A DNA stretch of 32,000 bases, from contig JAPWTZ010000001.1 of assembly GCA_028275775.1 (NCBI GenBank), positions 47,173 through 79,172 of the forward strand, given 5' to 3'. Below, in pieces: positions 9,353 through 18,823 of this stretch. This stretch comes from Candidatus Nanopusillus sp. Its GTDB lineage: Archaea; Nanobdellota; Nanobdellia; Nanobdellales; Nanobdellaceae. The notes beneath the pieces were generated by a model. The model worked only from the letters and a program-made list of their open reading frames with translations, was not told where the DNA came from and ran no database searches. The position numbers and the translations under genes were made by a program. How positions within the stretch are numbered: the first letter of the stretch is position 1; each line of letters begins with the position of its first letter.

Positions 9353-9395
9353 TAAATATATTTTTACTTTATTAATTAAAAATTTTATTATAATA

Positions 9396-9713
9396 TTAAC
9401 CTGAAGTGTTTGTACTATTTTGATTATTAGATGTTAATTCATTTAAATTAACATTTCCATTTAAGGTATTTTGAATAATATTAAAAGCCTGATGAGCATC
9501 ATTGATAAATTGTATCGTATCATTTGCAATAATCTGGAATGTTTTATATCTTTCTAAATATCCATAAATCTGATTATGATATAAATAAACCACTATTATC
9601 AAAATTATTAAAATTAATAAAGAAATCAATCCACCACCAGAAGAACTGTCATTTTTCTTTATTCTTAAAGTAATAGTATTTGGCTGATTTAATTTAAGCT
9701 GTTTATTACTCAT
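9396..9713 (-). CDS. Small single-pass membrane protein
   Basis: 105 aa. Charged N-terminus, then GGGLISLLILIILIIVVYLY hydrophobic helix, polar N/S/T-rich tail. Confidence 0.5.
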   Translation of the reverse strand: MSNKQLKLNQPNTITLRIKKNDSSSGGGLISLLILIILIIVVYLYHNQIYGYLERYKTFQIIANDTIQFINDAHQAFNIIQNTLNGNVNLNELTSNNQNSTNTSG

Positions 9714-9865
9714 ATAAAAAATAAAATTTTTGGATATTTATAAGTTTAACTAAAATATAATGATTTATTATTTTAAGAAATTGTTCAACCTGCTTTAAAA
9801 ATAAAGGAACCATCATAGTAGAAAGTAATAATATTAACATGATTATAAATTTTTATTTATGATTT

Positions 9866-10924
9866 TTAGGATATCTGTAAATAATCTATTTTAAGATAAT
9901 TGTCTGTCTTTATCTCTAATAGATTCTCTGGCAATAAACAATTATATATATTTATCGCATATGCTCCAACAGATGAACTTATGTTATATATACAATTATT
10001 ATTTAGTATAACTTCTCCAGAACCCTGACCAACTACTATATCCAATATATAGTTTGTTAAATTATTTGGAAATGCTATATAAAATATATTGCTCTCCGAT
10101 TCTATATATAGATTATTTATATTAACTGGATAAGATGATATTAGACTAATTGTATTTTCTCCAACATTTAAATATGGGGTTAAATAAAATAAATTAGAAC
10201 ATGAAGATAAAGGAATTGATAATCCATTTACAATCAATTCTACATTTTGAGGAGAATATGGACAAAAATCATAAAACATATATACATCTCCAGATATATA
10301 ATAATAGTTAAAATTTAATGATGAAAATTTTAGATAATTTATATTTATATTATTCAATATCCCATTCCCATTAAATATTATACTAGTTGGAGAAAATACT
10401 ATTTTTAACTCATTATCTCCATTATATAAATAATTTGGAGAAACAAAGATACTTATTTCACCATTTTGGCATCCAGAATATAATTCATAATTATTTACAT
10501 ATATTGTAAATTTTCCATTATTACATGTAGAATATGCAGTAATATTTACTCCATTATAATTATTAGAATAATAGAAATACAAACTTTTGCTAACCGTTCC
10601 ATAAAATATATTTGTTTCAAAATTCAAAGTCCCTAAATTAATATAATATACGGGAATATAACTTCCTATTGTATAATTACTCGCTATATAATAATAATTT
10701 TGACTTTTTGATAATTGTATATTTTGAAAAACATATTGTTTACTTATACTTATACTTATATTTGAAATATTTGAAGGAAAAAATAATGACATATTAGTTC
10801 CATTAATTAATTGTTGTAATACATATTGTTTATATTGATATGGAAGAAGTACCCAGTATATAAAAATTACTATACCTAATAATATAAAGAATATACCCAA
10901 ACCTGTTGTTTGCAATTTTTTCAT
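9866..10924 (-). CDS. Membrane-anchored surface protein with internal repeated modules (possible carbohydrate-binding-like beta domains)
   Basis: 352 aa. N-terminus MKKLQTTGLGIFFILLGIVIFIYWVLL. Repeated C...VN[NG]...C...YLxxG[DE]NxLxI modules. Many N-x-S/T sequons. Confidence 0.6.
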   Translation of the reverse strand: MKKLQTTGLGIFFILLGIVIFIYWVLLPYQYKQYVLQQLINGTNMSLFFPSNISNISISISKQYVFQNIQLSKSQNYYYIASNYTIGSYIPVYYINLGTLNFETNIFYGTVSKSLYFYYSNNYNGVNITAYSTCNNGKFTIYVNNYELYSGCQNGEISIFVSPNYLYNGDNELKIVFSPTSIIFNGNGILNNININYLKFSSLNFNYYYISGDVYMFYDFCPYSPQNVELIVNGLSIPLSSCSNLFYLTPYLNVGENTISLISSYPVNINNLYIESESNIFYIAFPNNLTNYILDIVVGQGSGEVILNNNCIYNISSSVGAYAINIYNCLLPENLLEIKTDNYLKIDYLQIS

Positions 10925-10949
10925 ATTTTAATAGAATATTCTTTAATAT

Positions 10950-11966
10950 TTATAATTTATATCTTAATTTCCCAACAATACAAAATCTATCAATTAATTC
11001 AAAATTATTAGCATTATTATTTACAAAATATATTTCTGCATCTATTTTATCTAAAATATTAAATAAATTTATAATTTTATCAATATTATTTTCTTCTTTC
11101 ATTTTTTTAAAACATTCCTCAGAAATTAAAACATATTCTATATTATTATACATTGCATTATTATACACTTCATCATATCCAAATGCTACCATATTTTTTT
11201 GCATTAAATATAATATTTCTTCAATTAATTTGTTTATTTCTAAAATTTCTAAGCTTTTCAATGTTTCATAATATTCTGTTCTTCTAACAAATTCATATAT
11301 ACCATTTACACCTCCATTAGATACCTTATATATTTTTATATTTTTTATATTTAATTTATCCTTTATATAATCATAAAATTCTTCAGGATAAAATAATGGA
11401 CCAATTATACATAGAAATTTAACATCATAATCTTTTAATGTATTTAAAAATTCTGAAAATATTTTATATAATTTTGCTTTTTCTTCAGGATCTCCCTTAT
11501 TTATCTTATAATATTCTTCCTTTATAATTTTTATCCCATTATTTATTATACCCAAAGCTATCTCATTATTATCTATAGATATTACAAAAATATTTTCTTT
11601 TTTTCTGGAAGATTTTTCCAATATTTTTTCTTCATATTTTTTTATTTCTTCTTTTTTATACAATGTAAATTCTGAAGATATCCTTATATCAAATGTATGA
11701 TAATGTCCAATAGAATCTTTATCACTTGAATCAATTATTTTTCCAGAAATCCTTAATGAATCTTTATATTCAGAAAATTTAATATTTTCAACTTCTATTT
11801 TTATTTTTATTTTTTTCTTTTCCTTCTCATTCTCAAATTTTAATGTTCTATAATCATATCCTTCTATAATATCTCCTACATTAATTATTTTATATAAATA
11901 TAATAAATCTACTTCATCTTCTACTTTAATTTTTATTGTTTTTTTATCTACTATTTCATACTTCAT
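10950..11966 (-). CDS. pelA: Pelota (Dom34-like mRNA surveillance factor)
   Basis: 338 aa. N-terminus MKYEIVDKKTIKIKVEDEVDLLYLYKIINVGDIIEGYDYR matches the Pelota N-domain pattern. Length and eRF1-like layout fit. Confidence 0.8.
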   Translation of the reverse strand: MKYEIVDKKTIKIKVEDEVDLLYLYKIINVGDIIEGYDYRTLKFENEKEKKKIKIKIEVENIKFSEYKDSLRISGKIIDSSDKDSIGHYHTFDIRISSEFTLYKKEEIKKYEEKILEKSSRKKENIFVISIDNNEIALGIINNGIKIIKEEYYKINKGDPEEKAKLYKIFSEFLNTLKDYDVKFLCIIGPLFYPEEFYDYIKDKLNIKNIKIYKVSNGGVNGIYEFVRRTEYYETLKSLEILEINKLIEEILYLMQKNMVAFGYDEVYNNAMYNNIEYVLISEECFKKMKEENNIDKIINLFNILDKIDAEIYFVNNNANNFELIDRFCIVGKLRYKL

Positions 11967-12946
11967 ATTATTAATAATATTAAAGAGAGAAATATTGGAG
12001 GAACAAATGGTGCTCCTTCTTTTACTTTTACTTTTATATCATTGTATTCTCCTAATTTTTTTAATATATTAATTTCCTCTTTTGATAAACCAAATCTTCC
12101 AATAAACAATTTATTCTGAAATATATGATAAAATATTATAATAAATGGCATAGAATAATAAAAGAAAATTTTGTTTAGAAAATAAAATATTAATGGTAAA
12201 ATTATAGTAAATAAAATAATAAAAGAATTTATCAATTTATTATTATTCTTAAATTTTAATATATATTTATTTTCTTTTTCATAAATATCAAAATATTTAC
12301 TCAATATTTCTTTATCTTCTTCTTTTATATTATTAACTTCTATATTATCCTCTATCCAATCTCCCTCAACCAATTCATTTACATTTCTTATAAATGTTAA
12401 TTTTTCTTCTAAATCTTTTGATATATATCTAAATAAAAAATATGATATATATATGAAAATTAAAGAAATTAATAGATAATAAATATCAAAATATAAAAAG
12501 AAGAGGTTAATAAAATATATAGAAACCAATACTGAAATAATATTAAAAATGGAAATATAATATTTTTTTCTATTTTCTTTATATATTTTAATAACCTCTA
12601 TATTATGAAATATAAATCCAAACAATATTAAGTAAAATAAAAATAATATTATCTTATATAGAGAAAAGAAAGATAACAGAAAGAATATTGAAAAGAAAAT
12701 AAAAAGATCTCCAATAGCTAATAATCTGAATAAATATAAAAATGTAAAAAATAGAAGGATATAATATGAAAATATAAGATTTTCTGGATAAATATTCTGA
12801 ATAATTAAATATAAAAAGTAAAAAACGTTAAATATCAACAAAATATATATTATTATATCATCTACAGATTTATATTTTATATCTTGATATGAAGAATATG
12901 CTAATATTATTATATCAAATATCAATAAAGGAAGCATTTCATTCAT
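11963..12946 (-). CDS. Polytopic membrane protein, A24 prepilin/preflagellin peptidase-like
   Basis: 327 aa, multiple TM helices. Candidate catalytic Asp motifs are SYQDIKYKSVDD (first TM/loop) and LLAIGDLFIF (GxGD-like). Its stop overlaps the Pelota start by 4 nt. Confidence 0.5.
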   Translation of the reverse strand: MNEMLPLLIFDIIILAYSSYQDIKYKSVDDIIIYILLIFNVFYFLYLIIQNIYPENLIFSYYILLFFTFLYLFRLLAIGDLFIFFSIFFLLSFFSLYKIILFLFYLILFGFIFHNIEVIKIYKENRKKYYISIFNIISVLVSIYFINLFFLYFDIYYLLISLIFIYISYFLFRYISKDLEEKLTFIRNVNELVEGDWIEDNIEVNNIKEEDKEILSKYFDIYEKENKYILKFKNNNKLINSFIILFTIILPLIFYFLNKIFFYYSMPFIIIFYHIFQNKLFIGRFGLSKEEINILKKLGEYNDIKVKVKEGAPFVPPIFLSLILLII

Positions 12947-12984
12947 ATAAAAAATAAAAAATACAATTCTTATAAATAATTATT

Positions 12985-13034
12985 ATGATGATGTGGACAC
13001 AATCTGAATTAATGATGAAAGGAGTAGCTACTGA
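12985..13034 (+). ncRNA. Box C/D sRNA (2'-O-methylation guide)
   Basis: C box ATGATGA 12985-12991, then 12-nt guide TGTGGACACAAT. D' box CTGA 13004-13007, then spacer ATTA. C' box ATGATGA 13012-13018, then 12-nt guide AAGGAGTAGCTA. D box CTGA 13031-13034, followed by T5. Confidence 0.8.
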
Positions 13035-13064
13035 TTTTTAAATTTCTATATATTAATATTTATT

Positions 13065-13421
13065 ATGCCATTAATAATACCATCCCCAGAATATGCTAAA
13101 AGAAGGAAATTATTACAAATCAATAATAAAATTAAAAAATTAGAGAAGGAGGGAAGTGGAAAAATAACTTTGGTATTAAAGAAGGAAATAGATCTAAATA
13201 ATGTTGACGAATCTTTAAAATTTGTATCAATGTTAAAAGAATTGGAAGGAAGAAACTTCTTTGATGAATTATACATTGTTAAATCTGATAAGGTGTTTGA
13301 TTATTTGGATATAGAAAAAGGATTAAATCAAAAAAGCATAGATAAAGAAAAACTAATAAAATTATATGATATAATAAGTAGACTTTCTGATATAATAAAT
13401 AAAATTAAAAAAATCTATTAG
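13065..13421 (+). CDS. Hypothetical protein
   Basis: 118-aa ORF, K/E-rich. Preferred over the antisense 76-aa ORF because of length and lysine/glutamate-rich coding-like composition. Confidence 0.45.
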   Translation: MPLIIPSPEYAKRRKLLQINNKIKKLEKEGSGKITLVLKKEIDLNNVDESLKFVSMLKELEGRNFFDELYIVKSDKVFDYLDIEKGLNQKSIDKEKLIKLYDIISRLSDIINKIKKIY

Positions 13422-14578
13422 TATTTATATTCTTCCTCTTTTATATTTTTAGGTAACAATAATCTCTTTATATTTTCTATATCATTCTCTAATATTTTTA
13501 TTTTTTCTATTTCATTTATTATATATTCAAAATTGGCTAAATCAATAAAATTCTCTATTTTCTTTATTTTATTCATTAAATTTTCATAATCTGACAATAC
13601 AGATTCTAATATATCTTTAGAATCATAAAGTTCTGCTTTTACTTTTCTTATTTCTTCCTTAATATTATTTAAACCTTCCTCTAATTTACTATATTTTTCA
13701 TTAATTTCCTCAACTTTATCCATTTCATTTATTCTAGATCTTAAGTCTACAACTAAATTATTTAATTCTTCAAATAATGCATATATGCTATTTAATCTGT
13801 TTTCGAAGTTTATGTACTTGTTATATAATTCTTCATAAGCTCTAAATTGTTTTATATTTTTAATATCATCATTTGTTAATTGCAATAAATAATTCATATT
13901 ATTTATTTTATTATTGATTTCAGAATATTTTTCTTCATATTTCTTTTCTATTTCTTCTAATTTACTATTAATATTATATAGATCTTTTTCTTTTATCTCA
14001 TTTATCATTTCAGATATTTTATTGTATTGTAATAGATCTTTAGATAAGTTATCTATTGTTTTAGATATTAAATTTGCTAAATTATCTACTTTTGCTTTTA
14101 GATCATTAAAATCATTAATATTTGTATATGAATCTTCTACTTTATTTAACCTATCTATTAACTCTTCTATTTTATTTCTTAATTCTTTTATACTATTTAT
14201 AGAATCCTCATATTTTGTTATTTTATTACTTAGAGAATTTATATCAAGTTCTAATTTATTTATTTTCGATTTTATATTTACTATAGCAGAATAATCAACA
14301 AAGTTTTTCTGATTATTTTCTAATACATCTACTTTTAATTTTAAGTCATTTAAATATCTTACTTTATCTAATAAATCTTCATTTAGTATTTCTTTATAAT
14401 TATTTAATATTTTTTCTACATTTTTTAATTCTTCTTTCAAAGCTTTTAACTGATTATTAAATTCTTCTTTATCTACAAAATTATTTAAGCTTCTTTTTAT
14501 TTCAGATATTTTATTATTAAAATTTTTTACATAGGAGAAAAATTCATCAATTAGCTCTGAATCTTTACTTAAATCCAT
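13418..14578 (-). CDS. Long coiled-coil protein
   Basis: 386 aa, almost entirely heptad-like N/K/E/L/I-rich sequence. No P-loop and no TM segment. Last gene of the rtcB-polB co-directional block. Confidence 0.6.
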   Translation of the reverse strand: MDLSKDSELIDEFFSYVKNFNNKISEIKRSLNNFVDKEEFNNQLKALKEELKNVEKILNNYKEILNEDLLDKVRYLNDLKLKVDVLENNQKNFVDYSAIVNIKSKINKLELDINSLSNKITKYEDSINSIKELRNKIEELIDRLNKVEDSYTNINDFNDLKAKVDNLANLISKTIDNLSKDLLQYNKISEMINEIKEKDLYNINSKLEEIEKKYEEKYSEINNKINNMNYLLQLTNDDIKNIKQFRAYEELYNKYINFENRLNSIYALFEELNNLVVDLRSRINEMDKVEEINEKYSKLEEGLNNIKEEIRKVKAELYDSKDILESVLSDYENLMNKIKKIENFIDLANFEYIINEIEKIKILENDIENIKRLLLPKNIKEEEYKY

Positions 14579-14613
14579 AAACTAATTATGTATGATAAAT
14601 TTTATTAAACTTA

Positions 14614-14931
14614 TCATATATTTTTTAATAATTCTTTTCTTATCTCATCAATTTCTTTTTTTATCATATCATATTTTAATTCTAAACTATACAATCTTTT
14701 TTTAATATCATCCATATCTTTAAATTTTAAACTTATTTCCATTAGAACTATTTTTAGATCCTCTAATAATTTATTATATTCATTATTTTTATCAATTATA
14801 TTTTTTAATTTTAAATATTTCTCATAAATTTCATCTTTTAATTTCTTATTTTTTTCTAATTCTTCTTTTAAATCCCTGATTTTATTTTCTAAATCTTCTA
14901 TTATTTTTTCATATTCATTTATTTCATCCAT
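14614..14931 (-). CDS. Small coiled-coil protein, start overlaps the polB stop
   Basis: 105 aa, K/E/L-rich helical. 8-nt overlap with the 3' end of polB suggests translational coupling. Confidence 0.55.
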   Translation of the reverse strand: MDEINEYEKIIEDLENKIRDLKEELEKNKKLKDEIYEKYLKLKNIIDKNNEYNKLLEDLKIVLMEISLKFKDMDDIKKRLYSLELKYDMIKKEIDEIRKELLKNI

Positions 14932-17344
14932 TTTTAAAGAATGATAATATATCTTTTTGAGCTTTTCCTATATTTTCTACAGGTATATTTAATGCTTTCA
15001 ATATTGGCTCTACAGCTGGTAAAACTTGTTTATATATATAATATTCTGGATCGTATTCATTATTTTTAACCTCATCCAATATTCTAACCTTATCAGAAAT
15101 TTTTTCTCCACCTTTTACTATTATATATTCAACTATAAATCCCCTTCTAACATCATAACCTCTTTCTTTATATTTCTTTGCTGCTATAATATGAGGAGCT
15201 GTAACTTCATATTCTGATGGATCTTTTCTCAATTGTTCCCTTAATATAAATTTCTCTTTAGGATAAACATGATTTCTTATATTTTTAATAACTTCTGACA
15301 AATAATCATTTATTTCTTTTATTTTTCCTTCTAGAGCTAATCTAATTACTTTTTCTTGAACTTCTCCAGCAATTTCTGACCAATCTCTTCTAACAACCTC
15401 AAAACCTCTCAATTTAATATTTCCATTTTCAGATAATAATGCATATTTTTTTCTAGCACCACCTTCTCCAGATCTTTTTTCTACAAATATTCCAGATATA
15501 TAATAATCTTCAAATTCCATTTCTAATGGTTTTGGTAAAATATTATTTATTTTATTTAATAAATTTAGAGCATTTTCTTTATTATCTACAATAACAAATA
15601 TAGAATCTGTATCTCCATATAAAATTTTATATCCGCTTTTTTCAATAAAATCTTTTACTTCTAATATATGTTTCCTACCTAAAGCAGTTACTGAAGCTGC
15701 ACATTCTAAACAATACCATCTAGAATTTGGAAAACCCAAATAACCATATGTAGAATTTATTATATATTTTAATGCTGTCTGTCTACTATCAATTATTTTA
15801 TATTCCTCAGAATTTTTATCTAAACTTTTTAAAGCTTTCTTTAAATTTGCTCTTTCTTCAAATACTTTTTCTAATACTGCAGATATAAATCCCTTTTTCT
15901 TTTTACAGAACCATACTTCAGATTTTCCCAAACTTGTTTCAATAGTTATTTTATCTTTCATACATTCTTCATGTTCACATTTTAATGTATCAGGAGAAAT
16001 ATTATATCTAATTATTATTGATGGATATAGAGATCTGAAATCAAAAACTGCAATATTTTTATATAAACCTGGTTTTGGCTCTAATACAATAGCACCAGTA
16101 TATGTTACCCTTTTTCTTCTATCTACATCTTCAGGATCTGGTCTATTTGGAATTATTTCATTAAATTCCTTTGCCCTTTTTATTAAATAATTTTCTACAA
16201 GAATTCCATATGTACTTCCTGACAATTCATATAATGTAATTCCAACCAATCTTGCTAATTCTAATAAAATTCCTTCAAAATATTTATATAATTTATAAGT
16301 TAATTCTACATCTTTTCTATTATATTTTATTAGATAACTGAAATCTTTTTTATTATAAATTATATCTGACATTTTATCTAAATCCATATCTAATTTTCCT
16401 TCTCCCAATATTTCCATAGCAACTTCATCTAAAGAATATGTTTCAGAATTCAATTGTGGTGCAAATATTGTTGTAACAATATCATATAAATCAACATTTT
16501 GTATCCCAACTATCCTATATTTTCTATCCTCTTCTCTTTTTTTAGTATATATTATTCCTTTCCCATCCCATCCAAAATCAAAATTAAATCCTAATTTTTT
16601 TGCTTTTTCATATAAGAAATATAAATCAAAATTATTTGAATTATATCCAACAATTACATCTGGATCTAAACTTTTAACTATTTCATTAAATTTTTTTAAC
16701 AATTCTAATTCGCTATTTACTTTTATTCCCTCATTTGCTTCCCCTCCCCAATATATTGAATAATATTTTTCTCCATCATATATTGAAATAATATAAATAT
16801 ATGCTTTTTCTGGCGATATTATAGATTTATTAGAAGCTGTTTCTATATCAAATGATATAACTTTTAATTTATATTTATTTTCAACAATCCCATTATTTTT
16901 CTTTAATTTATAATAATCTATATTATCTCCTTTTTTTATTAATTCTAATTCTAAATCATATGTATATAATGGATATATATCATTATCGATTTGAAACTTT
17001 TTTATTATACTAATATCTCCTTCCTTTTTTCCAATTATTTTTCCTTCTTCCTTCAATTTATCAGCAAAGTTCTTTATTTTATCATAATCGTCCTGACTCA
17101 AATAAACTTTTATTACAGTATATTCTTTTCCTATAAAATTTTTCTTTAAAATTTCAAAATTTTTTATATATTTTTCATCTTTCAACTTATTTTTTATTTC
17201 TTCCAAATATTTTTCATCCTTTAATATTAAATATACATAAAATGGTTGATCATATTCTATTCTTACCTTTTTTCCATTTTCATCCCTTCCATAAATATAA
17301 ATTTTTTCTTTATCATGATCAAAATCTAATACAAATATCTTCAT
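14924..17344 (-). CDS. polB: Family B DNA polymerase (unsplit, intein-free)
   Basis: 806 aa. Exo I FDIET, SLYPSII, KxxxNSTYG, YGDTDS motifs all present in one ORF. Confidence 0.95.
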   Translation of the reverse strand: MKIFVLDFDHDKEKIYIYGRDENGKKVRIEYDQPFYVYLILKDEKYLEEIKNKLKDEKYIKNFEILKKNFIGKEYTVIKVYLSQDDYDKIKNFADKLKEEGKIIGKKEGDISIIKKFQIDNDIYPLYTYDLELELIKKGDNIDYYKLKKNNGIVENKYKLKVISFDIETASNKSIISPEKAYIYIISIYDGEKYYSIYWGGEANEGIKVNSELELLKKFNEIVKSLDPDVIVGYNSNNFDLYFLYEKAKKLGFNFDFGWDGKGIIYTKKREEDRKYRIVGIQNVDLYDIVTTIFAPQLNSETYSLDEVAMEILGEGKLDMDLDKMSDIIYNKKDFSYLIKYNRKDVELTYKLYKYFEGILLELARLVGITLYELSGSTYGILVENYLIKRAKEFNEIIPNRPDPEDVDRRKRVTYTGAIVLEPKPGLYKNIAVFDFRSLYPSIIIRYNISPDTLKCEHEECMKDKITIETSLGKSEVWFCKKKKGFISAVLEKVFEERANLKKALKSLDKNSEEYKIIDSRQTALKYIINSTYGYLGFPNSRWYCLECAASVTALGRKHILEVKDFIEKSGYKILYGDTDSIFVIVDNKENALNLLNKINNILPKPLEMEFEDYYISGIFVEKRSGEGGARKKYALLSENGNIKLRGFEVVRRDWSEIAGEVQEKVIRLALEGKIKEINDYLSEVIKNIRNHVYPKEKFILREQLRKDPSEYEVTAPHIIAAKKYKERGYDVRRGFIVEYIIVKGGEKISDKVRILDEVKNNEYDPEYYIYKQVLPAVEPILKALNIPVENIGKAQKDILSFFKNG

Positions 17345-17374
17345 AAAAAATTATTGTAAAATATTAATTAAAGT

Positions 17375-18817
17375 TTAACCCTTTATAACTGCTATTGGTC
17401 TTAATCTTACAACCATTTTAGATATACCTAATTCATCAGTTACTTTTACAACTTCATCAACATTTTTATAAGCTTCGGGTACTTCTTCAACTACACCTTC
17501 TTTTGTTGTAGATTTTACATATATTCCTCTTTCTTCCAAATTCTTAATTATTTCATTATAGTTAAATGACCTTCTTGCAGCAGCTCTTGACATATTCCTT
17601 CCAGCACCATGTGCAGAAGATCCAAAAGATAATTCCATGGATTTTTCAGATCCTATTAATACATATGATGCAGTTCCCATTGAACCTGGAATTAATACTG
17701 GTTGCCCAATTTTTTTATAATCTTCAACCAATTCTTCTGAACCTGGTGGAAATGCTCTAGTAGCACCTTTTCTATGAACAATTAACTTTTTCTTTTTACC
17801 ATCAACTTTATGTTCCTCAATTTTTGCAATATTATGAGCAACATCATATACAACATTTAATCCAATATCTTCTACCGGATGATTATATATTTTTTGGAAA
17901 GATTTTCTAATAAAATATGTTATTATTTGTCTATTATTCCATGCAAAATTTGCTGCAGCACTCATTGATTTCCAATAATTATTTCCATCTTCTGATTGAA
18001 AAGGCAAATATACTAATTCTTTATCTGGTAATTTATTTGTTTCTTCCCTATATTTTTTTAATCCCAAATCTATATAATCTGATGCAATTTGATGTCCAAA
18101 ACCCCTAGAACCAGTATGAATTAATACTGTTACTTGTCCTTCTTCATATATTCCCAATTTATTTGCTATATCTTTATCAAATATTTTATCAACTACTTGT
18201 ATTTCTATAAAATGATTCCCAGATCCTATTGTTCCCAATTGATCTATTCCCCTTCTAATTGCTAAATCTGATACATGTTCTATTGAAGCATCTTTCAATC
18301 TACCATAAGATTCTACATGTTCTAAATCTTCTTTCCATGCATAACCTTCTCTATAACTCCATTCTAAACCTTCTTCTACAGCATCCTTAAATTGTCCTGG
18401 AGATAAAACAATTTTTCCAGTTTCTCCAACTCCAGCAGGTACATTTCTAAATATTTCATTTACAATTTCCTTTAATTTTGGTTTTATTTCTTCATATTTT
18501 AAATTTGTTCTTAATAATCTTACCCCACAATTTATATCATATCCTATTCCACCTGGAGAAATTATTCCTTCATTTATATCAAATGCTGCAACTCCGCCGA
18601 CGGGAAATCCATAACCTTCATGTCCATCTGGCATTACAATAGAATATTTTTGTATTCCTGGCAAACTAGCAACATTTTTTCCTTGTATTAATGTTTTATC
18701 TTCTTTCATCTTTTCTATTAACTTATCATTTGCATATATTCTAACTGGAACATTCATTCCCTTTTCTTGAGGTATTTCATATATATTTTCAGATATTTTT
18801 CTTAACTTTATATCCAT
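17375..18817 (-). CDS. rtcB: RNA-splicing ligase RtcB
   Basis: 480 aa. Motifs MPDGHEGYGFPVGG, GYDINCGV, GSRGFGHQ, HRKGAT, SSAHGAGR. Confidence 0.95.
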   Translation of the reverse strand: MDIKLRKISENIYEIPQEKGMNVPVRIYANDKLIEKMKEDKTLIQGKNVASLPGIQKYSIVMPDGHEGYGFPVGGVAAFDINEGIISPGGIGYDINCGVRLLRTNLKYEEIKPKLKEIVNEIFRNVPAGVGETGKIVLSPGQFKDAVEEGLEWSYREGYAWKEDLEHVESYGRLKDASIEHVSDLAIRRGIDQLGTIGSGNHFIEIQVVDKIFDKDIANKLGIYEEGQVTVLIHTGSRGFGHQIASDYIDLGLKKYREETNKLPDKELVYLPFQSEDGNNYWKSMSAAANFAWNNRQIITYFIRKSFQKIYNHPVEDIGLNVVYDVAHNIAKIEEHKVDGKKKKLIVHRKGATRAFPPGSEELVEDYKKIGQPVLIPGSMGTASYVLIGSEKSMELSFGSSAHGAGRNMSRAAARRSFNYNEIIKNLEERGIYVKSTTKEGVVEEVPEAYKNVDEVVKVTDELGISKMVVRLRPIAVIKG

Positions 18818-18823
18818 AAAATA

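Noticed and set aside
9703-9840. Possible 45-aa hydrophobic minus-strand ORF (MLILLLSTMMVPLFLKQ...) in the 9714-9865 spacer
   Set aside because: It has no motif, it overlaps the start of the 105-aa gene out of frame, and its length is within chance expectation. I kept it only as a note.
10906-11271. 121-aa plus-strand ORF overlapping the Pelota gene
   Set aside because: It is antisense to a confidently identified Pelota CDS, and its hydrophobic low-complexity translation has no start context or motif.
12985-13041. 18-aa ORF MMMWTQSELMMKGVATDF
   Set aside because: The ATG codons are the ATGATGA C and C' boxes of the box C/D sRNA. The sRNA architecture explains the sequence better than a micro-peptide does.
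13046-13276. 76-aa minus-strand ORF overlapping the 118-aa plus-strand ORF
   Set aside because: It is the shorter of two mutually exclusive ORFs, and its start would sit inside the downstream flank of the C/D sRNA. I preferred the plus-strand ORF, though neither has a recognisable function.
13914-18108. Antisense ORFs 13914-14294, 15026-15217, 17566-17760 and 17917-18108
   Set aside because: All are nested antisense within the coiled-coil gene, polB or rtcB, and are short with low-complexity translations.
14924-18817. Looked for inteins or split genes in polB and rtcB
   Set aside because: Both ORFs have normal lengths (806 and 480 aa), and all catalytic motifs are contiguous with no extra insertion.
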